Positions 14,414 to 24,861 of a DNA stretch of 64,000 nucleotides are shown here, one piece after another. Origin of the DNA: Epiperipatus broadwayi (Eukaryota; Animalia; Onychophora). Made by a program: the position numbers and the translations under genes. The DNA is taken from contig JAQFVV010000009.1 in NCBI GenBank assembly GCA_028023455.1, forward strand, positions 13,392,001 through 13,456,000. Direction: 5' to 3'. Below the pieces are notes generated by a model, which was not told where the DNA came from, ran no database searches, and was given only the letters and a program-made list of their open reading frames with translations. Positions within the stretch are counted from its first letter, which is position 1; each line of letters opens with the position of its first letter.

Positions 14414-14457
14414 ACCAATTGATGATTGCTGGTTTAGCATGAAATACGTATTTTGGT
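14414..14457 (+). ncRNA. Minimal type I hammerhead motif (copy C, core mutated)
   Basis: ACCAA TTGATGA TTGCT GGTTT AGCAT GAAA TACGTA TT TTGGT; C3U and U17 changes likely impair it, but the stem III palindrome ATACGTAT is perfect. Confidence 0.6.
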
Positions 14458-15869
14458 GATTATTTCTTTTCAGCATATATGTGCTTGAGTGTATCAGTGT
14501 TATTAGATAGAGTGGAGAATGGTGGGTCATGTGAAAGTCTGTGCTCATATATCCTATATATAACTTATCATAAAGAAACAGCGATCAAGTGAATGCAATG
14601 CACTTAAAATTATAAAAAAAAACTGTTGCAAATAAAAATTTAATGAAAGTTTATAAAGATTTTTAAAAAAATTGACTACCAGGGAAGTATGTGTTCAAAA
14701 CAAACTTTTAACATTGACCATAAGACAAAATAAGACATGTTTCCAGATTTTATTTCAAAACAATGTTTCCAGATTTAATTGTATATATAGGACAAAGAAA
14801 AAAGAAATGCAATTTAAAAAAAAAAAACAATCTTTGTCTGGCTAAAATAAACGATTGACTTCGTTAAGAGTATTTTTAAATCTGTAAATAAAATTACTAA
14901 CAGCAAAATTACAGGAGGAGAGCGGGGGGGGGACATTTGTTTTTTTTATTTTTAAATAGATCGCAAAAAGGAAAAATAAACGTTATGTTGAATTTATAAT
15001 TTATTTATTACATAAAACTTTTCCTTTAACATATATAAATGTTAACATTTATATATGTTGTCAAAGAAATACAATATCAGTGTAGTAAAATTAATAGCCA
15101 TAAATTATATGATTCTGGATACGTATTTGATAATGCATAAACATTAAAAATCTAAAGGTAAATATATATAAGTTTTATTGTGTTTACAATACTAATTAAG
15201 TATTAATAACATTATTTTTATGGAAATTTGTTTCACAATGGTCATGAAATTGACATTCATGTCTATTTTTCTGGAAGCAATCAATTCTGAGGAATAAAAA
15301 ACTTTATTTAATAAACATAATAATACAAAGCAGACAGTTTTTCTTTTTCTCATTAAATTTTAGTACTATACTGGACTAGTTGTTTTTTTTTTTTGCCAAT
15401 CTACTTTTGGTCAATCCGATGTGGTGGTGAGAGGTCCTTGGCAGTATGAAAAAACACATGTTAATTCTTAGATTATTGAATGCTCACCACTGAATAAGAA
15501 AATCTGGAATATATTTGTTAATAACTTGTTAGTGTCTTCAAGGTATCATTTTAACACAAATGTTTTTTTATGATAATATATAAGACTCATTAAAAATGAT
15601 GATATAATTCTAAAACAAAACAAATTGTGATAAAAGAACGAGTATAGAGGCAAACTATTATTGATTGATTGTGTGTCATTATTTTTACAAGCAAAACATG
15701 AACCAGGTCTCATCGCTGTATATAGATTAAACTGCACAATTATGATTAAATTAGGCTTTTTTTGTTTTGTTTTGTTTTGTTTCTTTAGTAAAAGATTACT
15801 TTTATTAATCTAAGGTTTTATATTTTACTCAGTGGTTATAAATATTTACAATGCAAGATCTGATATCTA

Positions 15870-18800
15870 TATTATTAGTTCTTATATCTATATCTTCAGA
15901 TATTCCAAAACAGGTTAACTGGTGTCTGGTAAATCAAACAATTCCCATGTGGCCTTAAATATTTCCATTGGCGCTATTGATTTGTCCTTCTTTTTGATTT
16001 CCTTAATAAAGTTTCTTAGTAGTTGTTTAGTGTTATTTTGTGATTGTCCAAGAATTAGTTTACATCTAATTTTCCAAATGGAGAAAGCCAGGAATGATTC
16101 TTATAAGGGGATATATTCCTTTTTAATGCAGTCCTTCAAGGATGTAATGATGTGTTTATTTATTTTCATATAAGCATTTATTACATTTCTATGGATACTC
16201 AGTCCCTGGTCTCTTCTTCCCATTTGCAAATTTGACATATGGGGTCAACCTTAGTGAACCCTCTCTGTATACTAGAAAAGTGTTTGTAGGGAGCGCCTCT
16301 AGGTTCATCTTGACTATGAAGTTCAAGTATTTATCTTCTAGATTCCAATATCTGAACTGCTTCTAAGTTCATTTTGACTATAAAGTCCAAGTATTTAGCT
16401 TTTAGATTCTAATACCTGAACCTGGAGATTATCCCCTTATTGGTTATCTCCAGTGTACTGGGGGTGAATTCTATCCCCCCCATTTGTCAAGTTATATGCC
16501 TCCTAATATTAGATTTTCTTAGCAAATGTTAAAGCTGAGGGATGTATATATTTTCATATGAGCTCCCACACTGCAGTTAACCATGTACCCTTGTTTGGTG
16601 GGGGGGTGATCATTGGGAATTACTGGGGTTATGTGCTCCTAGTTAGGTTATTTTTGGTTGAATTTATGTATTGAGTTAAATGCTTTTTGAAAATAGTATG
16701 TTGAAATTCAGTGTAAGGACATTCCATTTAGGTTTCTGCATCTTCCTTATGCTGATAACCATTAACCCCCCCCCCATAGTAGCTTTGAGCAAAAGGAATT
16801 AATTTCTCAAATCCTCTAGTAAGGCTAATCCCAGATAGCTAATAGTTTATCCTGGGAAATACTAACATATTTACCAGTGAGACCTTCCCATGGGTTGATA
16901 AATACACTTTAGAGAGTGTGTTAGTTATCTTTTGGATGGCAGCTAGTATTCAATCTTAAATATCCCTTCCCATCACTGTTAGAGATTTTGCAATCGGGAA
17001 TCCTAGAAACTTCTGCGGGTCTGCTGTAAATTTTGAAGGTACTTTTTTCCCACGAGATCAGCTTCCATGTTGCAGATTTGTTCATTCTTAAATTCTAACC
17101 CAAAATCCTTTGTGTACTGTTCCAGTATTCTTTCCAGTTTTGCTATGTACCTCTTTGATGGTAGGAATACCACTATATCATCCATGTATAATATATGGCT
17201 AATTTCCTTATCTTTTGTTAGTATAAAGATGCCTGGAAGATTTCCTTCAATTTCTATGAGCAGCAGATTTATATATGCTATGAAATATAACATTCTTAGA
17301 GGACATCCCTGGAGAATCGAGAATGGTGGTTTGAAGCCGGATGCTACCTTCCCATCCAGGGTTATAAATATCTCCCTACTGCACAATAAATGTCTATAAT
17401 TTGGGTAAACACATTTGGTATGGAATATTTTTTCAGTATAACCAATAGGTTTCAGGCAGGATTGTGTCAAACGCTGCTGAAATATCCAGTTTAACAGCGA
17501 GCGATAGGGCAAGATTTCTTTTGTCCCCTTATATGATCTATTATTAATTTAAATTGGCATATGGCAACAGTGGTAGATGTACCCTTTTTTGCAAATTGTG
17601 ATTGAGATATATGAACGAGGGTTTTGTCTTCAATTTTATCTTTAATTTGTGGTTCTATTATTTTTATCATTGATATAGGTCTCAAGTTAGAAAGCTCTGA
17701 GGGGATAAGTTGTTTTTTTTAGAAAGGGGACTATGATATGGAGTATAACCCTTCAATGTTACAATGCTCCCCTGCTAATTGGTCAATCATCCCCTGAATT
17801 ATTGGAACCAAAAAATTGCTTAGGTGTAGGAGCAGGAATTGGGGAATCGCATGAGGTCCTGGATGAATTCTTTCTGGAAGAGATCTCAACTTGTTTAATA
17901 TAATCTGTTGTGTTATCCCATATTCTCCCCTTTCTTTGTATTCTTCCCACATTTTCTTTGCCCTCCTTTTGCATTTTAACTTTGAAGTATTCATATATGT
18001 TCTGAAACATAATCGGTCCAATATGGTATTCTCCCTTTACTAACAGTGATGCTGGTGTAGATTTGTTTTTCCTTGCCCCCAATACCCATCTTATATAACT
18101 TTTTGTCCAGCAATAATGGCTGGACAGAAAAACTTTTACCCTTTTTACTGCAATGTATTCTGCTAAGGTCCTTTGAATGTCCTTTGTTTCTCTCTATAGT
18201 CCCCTTAGTTCCATTATTGCATTGACATTGTGGCTATCATATGAGTCTCCCTAGCCTATCATCGATCTCTTCCAAATCCTTTAGTATTCCTGTAAGATGC
18301 TCTTGTCTTACATGTGTGATGCTTTATTAATGATTTAGTATTCCCAGGAATGAGGACCAGGATTCAATTAGGAGGGGGGCTGCCATGATATTATTTTTTG
18401 GAAGTAAATATAAGCTTCCAAAATTATTGATTCTGGTGTATATGACACCAACATTCTTATAGTTTTATCATAACTCTCTTCTACCGACAATCCTCCACCT
18501 GCATTGATTTCACACAACCTCCACCTGCATTGATTTCAACTATTAAGGCCAGATGGTCTGAGAAGGCAACAGGCACAAGAGCAGCCACCATCATAAAATG
18601 TATGTCTGGAGAGTAGTATAATAGGTCCATTAATGAGGCATATTTCATGGTATAAAAAGAAAAGGTCCCTGGGGAAAAAATCCTTCTCCACACATTAATT
18701 TTGTGTTCAATAAGTGGATGTATTTTACATTAAATTCATTGTATGCTACCTTGAAGTCTCCCAGCAGGATTTGTTGCCAGTGCTGTTAATTGTATGTATC

Positions 18801-19140
18801 ACTCTATGTATCAATGATGGGGACTTCTGCATTATATTGAAATTTAATATTTTTAAGTTAACGATTAATATGTTACGATCTACGTATATGATTTGGAATA
18901 AGGAGAGGGGGGGATTTTTTGTTGATCAGAATAGCTACTCCTGCAGAAGCTGTGAAGGATATTGAACATTTAGAGAAAACAAAATTTTCCATCAGCTTTT
19001 TTTTTTATTAGAATTGATGTGTAGTTTAGTCTCTGACATGCCTAGTATTGGAGCTATCCAATTCTTGATGGCATAGGCTAGTCCAAGGGAATTTAATCCC
19101 CTAACATTGATTCTGACTATTTTTGAGTTTCATAAAATTC
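15870..19140 (-). pseudogene. ORF2 (APE endonuclease + reverse transcriptase) of L1/Tx1-type LINE, frameshifted
   Basis: INVRGLN..ILGMSETKL (~19110), SAGVAILINKK, PVAFSDHLAL (EN); QGCPLRM and ILYMDDIVVF (RT, ORF 17003-17512); SIWKIRCKLI near the C-terminus. Confidence 0.85.
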
Positions 19141-19255
19141 TCAATAGAGCACACAAGGGATCTAGTATGATGGTTGAGTTGGGAATGGCTAGATCAAGCC
19201 CCCACCAGTATCTTCATTGCATCCCTCCATTGAGTCAGCCCAATTTTCCCCTCTC

Positions 19256-21007
19256 TCAAGCACCAGCTCTTCCCATGTTATTCTCTTTACATGGTGGTCG
19301 AGTCTCCAGAAATGGGGGAATTACATTTATTTGCTCCAAATCTTTGAATACATCTTGTATTTGGTGATCTTGGTTATTGTTAATTGTGATCAGCTTTTTG
19401 CGTTTTCCTCCTTTGTTGTCTTCCATCTTCCCCTCACCCGAGATTTCAGAACCAAATAAACCGAGGTGGTCATCTTCTTGACTTTCATCCAAGGCCCAGC
19501 CATCTCATTTCCCTAGGTTGGTTTTTACTTCTCTCTTAAGTTTCCTTTTGATAGATTTTATTATCGTGATGCTTGAAGATGTGCTTTGCAGATTGGCAAT
19601 GGGCTCCTTCATTTCCGCCACTTTATATTTTGTATCTTGTTCTATAGTTTGATCCTTTTGCATTTCTTCTCTGATTTTTAATTCCTATTTTTCTGTTAGT
19701 CAACCCTTCGTTCATTTCTTTTTCCACTCTTTTTACTTCTATCAGTCTAATTAAGCTGTCTGCTTTGATTTCCTGAATATTACATTGATGAAATTTATTC
19801 TTTATTTTACATTCATTGCAAATTCTGACTGAACAATCTCTGACCAGGTTGTGGTGGTACTCCATGAAATGAGATCACCAATGGCGAGCTATCTGATGCA
19901 AGTACGGAAATGTTCAGTGCAAAATTAAACATTGTCATGTTTGTAAGTACCGGCATTTCTGCTCTTTTTTCCTGGAGATAAATGAAGTGTGAGACATTGC
20001 CAAAATTGTTTAGTATCTTTTGTAGAATGCTTTCTTTAAAGTTAATATAGCAGTTTTTTACTATTCCTACCAAAACCACCGTTTTGTTCATGTTTATTTT
20101 GCATAGAATTTTTTCATTTAGCAATAGTATATTTTTCCTAAAAATCTCTTTTTGCACGCAGTTAAGAAATTCGATTATTAGATATCTACTGTTTGGGTGA
20201 TTAAAAACCTTATCCACTGTTCCCCATAGTTAATTGATCTTCAGCATCTCATAAAAGTCTTCTATTGGGAACTTGAATAACTGACATTGCTCATTTGTCA
20301 CTGCTAAAATCAATGATTTTTTTCATTGTGATAAATCTGGAAAGATCTATATAAATGGACTGGGATCGATGCATTATATTCAGCATTTATTCTGTTAAAG
20401 ATCTTCAGGTCAATAATCTTTTGTCCCATTTTGTTATATTTTACCCCTTCTTCTTGTAAAACTATGAGGTCCTTATCTCCTTCCTCCATTAAGTCCACTA
20501 TATCATTGTAGCCTTCTTGTGTTATGTTATTTTTTGCTATATCTCTATTTTCATTAGACTTTAACATATTTGCATAACTTAAGTCTTTGGAAGTTTGTTC
20601 TTTTCTTGGTTCCTGATTGTTGCTATTGGATATGTCATTAGATTTCTTTATATTATCCCTTTCCAAGCTGTTCTTGATTTTTATGTTCTTTTGTCCATTT
20701 GGAGTTTATTTTAGTGTTTTCCTTTACTTCTAACATTTCAGAGCCTTCTATAATGTTTATATCACTGTTTTTCCTCTTATTCACTAACTTTGAATATAGA
20801 ATAGTTTAATTTATTCTGAATAATTTCCTGTTGTTCTACTTTCTTTTCTTCTGAAAGTAGTTTTATCATTTTTATTCTTTGAGGCAGCTTTTGCTTCTTC
20901 ATCTTGTATTTTCCTTGAAGCGGTTCTATTTTCATTTTCACAATGATGTTGGAAACTTCTTCATTAATGTCAGACAACTTAAAATTTTTCTTCATCTTCA
21001 ATTTCAA
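19256..21007 (-). pseudogene. ORF1 of L1/Tx1-type LINE (RRM-like region + Cys/His knuckle), fragmented
   Basis: Successive minus-strand ORF fragments 20777-21007, 20310-20666, 19813-20217 (ILNNFGNVSHF..FHGVPPQP), 19623-19865 (ICNECKIKNKFHQC) and 19256-19492, all upstream of ORF2. Confidence 0.7.
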
Positions 21008-21451
21008 GTGTAACTTTCACTTTTCTCACTTTAAACTCACTTTAATCCACTATTATTAGAGAGCCCAGTTTAGCAGTGTTTTCCCAGTCGGCACTTATTG
21101 TGTGAAAATTCATAGACTTGCAATAGGACTGCTGAAACATTATTTATTATCTTTTACTAGTTTACTAAGTATGTATATCATGCCTAAAATATTAAGAAAA
21201 ATATTTTAATCATTTCTGAATAGTAATATTAAGATGCAAAATTAAATTAATAATCATTTAGAGAGGAAAGAGAGGAGAAAGAAAAAATTAATAATAAAAC
21301 TACAAATTTTCAAATATTTTGTAAAAAGATTAAAACAACGGTTTTATGCTATGAAAACAATAATCTTATACTATGAATTCTGGACTGAAACTTACAATGA
21401 AGATTGCAGGTCTCAAAACAAAGTATGACAGCATAAATTTATAGATAAATA

Positions 21452-22365
21452 CACCTGGGTCTCGTTTTATGCGGATTATTTTATATGCGATTTTGAAGTT
21501 ATGCGATTCATGTTTCTTCTTAATATCTTTCATATTTCACTATATTTATTAAATATCAAAAAATTTAAATTATTAATAACTTATTTTGACTTGAAATACT
21601 TTTTTTTTTTTTTTTTTCAAAAATATGTTATATTAGCAGCTAATGTGAATACGGCCTGAAGATGTATTTAGAATTTTAGTTTCTATGTAAATAACCTACT
21701 TATACTAATGAGTAAATAATAATAATAGATTTATACGTACGTATAAAAATATCGCAATAAATACGTATTCAAAAATTTTAAACTTTTAAAAAGTATTTTG
21801 TTAGATATTAACAGAAATAAATATTTTTTTAGATTTTTAAAATAAATAATAATAAATATTTTATTGATTTTATAAACTGAAAATAATCTTTCTAATGATA
21901 ATGTAGAATTTTTTTGTTTTGATTGCAATCTCATTTTTTTAATATAGAAACAGAAAACCATTAACACAGCTGAAGACTGAAAGTGGGCTAATTGTACAAC
22001 ACATCATGAATCTGATTCTTACTAGTTCACAAATGAACGCATATTGCAAACAGCAGTAATGATTAAAATATGTATGAAAAAATGTAAAATTAAATACTAT
22101 AGATAATAAAAAAAGTAAAAAAAGTTTATCTTGTATTAATTTTTTTCAAATATTTGAAATTTTTTATTAGTCATACTTTATTTCCTTATTTTTTTAAGGC
22201 AAATTTTAAAATAATTTTTTCTTGTTGCTTTGCTTTTATGTAACTTCTGAAAATTACTGGAACATATCCCCCATTTTTCAAGGTAAGTTATGTTTATTTT
22301 TGTGCGATTTATTTTGGGTGAGTTTTCTGAGGAACCTATCTACTGCATAAAACAAGACCCAGGTG
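21452..22365. mobile_element. pogo/Tigger-like MITE (Tc1/mariner superfamily)
   Basis: Terminal inverted repeats (TIRs) CACCTGGGTCTCGTTTTATGCGG / CTGCATAAAACAAGACCCAGGTG (21/23), TA on both sides, non-coding interior. Confidence 0.85.
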
Positions 22366-22626
22366 TACACATTTATAAATAAACATATATTCTCAAACTA
22401 AAGTTCTGAGATGTGATTTTATATCTGATAATTATTTTATAATTGTTAAAAACCTAGAAAATTTATTTTACCAGAATAGTGATATTTAAAGATTCTATTT
22501 GCACATTAAATTTTTCATTATATATTTTTGTTTCTTTTCACATATCAATAACCTTTGTCATCTATAGATGAATATTATATTCATATGTGCAATCAAAAGA
22601 CACCAAACCAAATTAATGAAATAAAT

Positions 22627-24861
22627 TAGGGATGGGAAATTGTTTTGGCTTGGTGGGGGGCACTTTGTGGAAGCAGAGGTTAAGAGAGGGCCGCACCTTT
22701 TAAAATGATTGCATTCATTAGTTAACTTTGGATTTCAGAAAAGGTATAAATTGTACCATAAAAATCAATAAATATAAATTAAATAAAATAGTGCTAGTTT
22801 TATTCAATTTATTTATTGTGCTAATTTCATATCACCTATAGCTAACTGCAAGCACATTTAATTTTAGAATCAGTTTAATAAGACAAATGTACCTTATCAT
22901 ACTTTTCTGTAATTTTTTTGAAATCAGGAGTGAGATTGCTTGTTGAGATTCTCATCACAGCTTACAAAAATTAATGTCTGTTTAAGAGCATCTATATTTA
23001 CTCTTGTTGATCTTCAAACTAGAAAAAATTTGCTCACAAATATATGTAGACCCAAATATAAAGAACATTTTCCCAGCAAATTTCTTCATACATGGAAATT
23101 TTTCAGCAGACAAAAATTTGTAAAAGTCAATTAATGTCACAGCATTAAACATTTCTTTCACAGTGTGATCCGACTGCATGTCAATAAGTTCAAGCTGCAG
23201 CTCCTCAAGTGCTGTATCAATATCAGCAGTGATGGAATAAGAGAGCAAATTGAATTTAGGCCCAATTTTCTTAAAGACCTGAAATCTTCTTGTGACCCTC
23301 TCCAAAGTCTGCAGATGATCCTAATCTTAGCAGAAACACTTTCAAGCACTTTCTGTTTTCCTAATAAAGAAAAATAACAAAAATTGCTTTCATCTGCTTG
23401 CCTTGCAAATAGACCTAGTTTTGCTTTGAATGATTTCACATGCTTTCACATTTCATGTGCAAACAACTCCTTTCTCTGCAATGTCACATTCAGTTCATTC
23501 AATTTCAAATACATCAACTGCAAACATCATCTCATATCTCCACTCCTCACATTCTACTTTTTGTAAAAGAAATCATGAGATATCTCCTTCATGTCCAGAA
23601 ATAAGAGAATTTCATTCTGCAATGCCCAGACTCTTTTTACCAGTTGTCACAGGCTCAACCACCTCACACTGTTGTGGTAAATAACATCTTCATACTCTAC
23701 CTCCACATCCTTAAGAAAAGATCTGAACTGTCGATGGTAAAGTGCCTTTACTCTGATTGTGTTCATCACACTAACAATAGGATCTACCACATGCTTTAAG
23801 TCCAGTGCAGCTTTAAAAAGACTCTCCTAATGCAAAATGCAATGAAAAGACAAGATATCACCTGTCTGTGTCTTGTGATTGTAACGTGTTTTTTAAAAGC
23901 TTAACCACACCTACATTTTTTCCACTCCAACTTCTGGATCCTCTTTTGTAATACTTGCCATTTGTTCCAGGACAAGCTACTTTTCTCTATACAATTCACA
24001 GCACACTCAAGCAATTCCTGACCAGTGGTTCTATCTTTCATTGATTCCAGGCCAAGTAATTCCTCTGTGATGACAAAATTTTCCTTAATTGCACAGGTAA
24101 ATATGATTAATTGTGCAGTGTCTTTGTTATCTGTGCTCTCATCCAGTGCCAAAGAAAACCAAACAAAATCTTTGCTCGCAGTCTTCAGCTGTTCTGTGAG
24201 TTTGTCACTAATTGAGTTAATGCACCACACTTTAGTCCTCCTTGACAATGAAATGTTTTTAAATTTGGTTCTCACATCAGGACACAATACACTTGCACAC
24301 TCTACCATATACTGCTTAATAAACTCACCATCTGAAAAAGGCTTTTTGCATTGCTTCTGTAGTGCTATTTTGAAATGTTGATTGCTTTGTAAATAATGTT
24401 TGTTGCTTCTTCAGCCTTTTCACACAATCTGCAGCTTTTATTTTGCATTGTTCCTTGGAAAGCTTGCTGCCAAATTCGCTGTTTTGTTTCATGTCATTTC
24501 AGATACCACTATCATTTCATGACACAATAAACACACTGCTTTATTCCCTTTATTAAAAAAGAAATATTTGTTTGTCCATTCTTCATTAAACATATGACAT
24601 TCATCAACGATTTTATGTTTTTTCAGAGAGTTCATGATTTCACTAAAGTTGGAAATTTATATATTTACTGTTGCAAAGACAAAATTGAAAATAACCAGAT
24701 AAACTGGAAAAGCGTTGTGCATGCATAGACATGGCCGTCCTAGTGAAAAATATGAGACGAATCTTGTCACACATGGGAAGGAAATCTTGGTTCAATGCAG
24801 ATTTTTCTGATTGTTTTGACGGGCCACATGTCGCCCATAGGCCACCATTTTCCCACTCATG
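22627..24861 (-). mobile_element. hAT DNA transposon, SPIN/GTF2IRD2-like, decayed
   Basis: Imperfect hAT-type ends TAGGGATGGGAAA (22627) / TTTCCCACTCATG (to 24861) enclosing a transposase pseudogene; 8-bp TSD not preserved. Confidence 0.85.
22876..24635 (-). pseudogene. SPIN/GTF2IRD2-like hAT transposase, frameshifted
   Basis: MNSLKKHK..FNEEWTNKYFF..AVCLLC; KNISLSRRT..FSLALDESTDNKDTAQL (ORF 23901-24308); FGSTYICEQIFSSLKINKSKYR (ORF 22982-23305); ends LTPDFKK..SY-stop. Confidence 0.9.

Larger units (their letters stand above)
13427..14561. mobile_element. Head-to-head palindromic insertion of a ~450-bp hammerhead-bearing monomer (retrozyme-like / PLE pseudo-LTR-like)
   Basis: Left arm 13427-13970 and right arm 13969-14561 are reverse complements of the same unit (period 452 left, 446 right; ~95% identical by eye). 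Flanked by AACTTATAATAAA (13414-13426) and AACTTATCATAAA (14562-14574), a 12/13 TSD. The junction uses CCA microhomology. Confidence 0.85.
15757..21120 (-). mobile_element. Near full-length, decayed L1/Tx1-type LINE
   Basis: Minus-strand order ORF1, APE endonuclease, RT, C-terminal domain; AATAAA (15801-15806) then an (AAAAC)n/A-rich tail ending at 15757. 5' boundary approximate; no TSD found. Confidence 0.9.

Noticed and set aside
13456-14548. Three near-identical His/Leu-rich ORFs (13456-13737 +, 13950-14177 -, 14294-14548 -)
   Set aside because: All lie antisense to the hammerhead strand of one repeat unit, recur only because the unit repeats, have different starts and resemble no known protein.
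14580-14592. GATCAAGTG resembling U2 snRNA (possible Tx1 target)
   Set aside because: Only 9 nt match, the flanks do not resemble U2, and it is over 1 kb from the LINE end.
14840-14882. Minus-strand acceptor ttttatttacAG followed by FKNTLNEVNRLF-stop
   Set aside because: Too short to distinguish from chance, and no linked exon.
15690-15725. IYSDETWF, like a Tc1/mariner first catalytic motif
   Set aside because: Isolated 8-aa match bounded by stops, with no other transposase motifs or TIRs.
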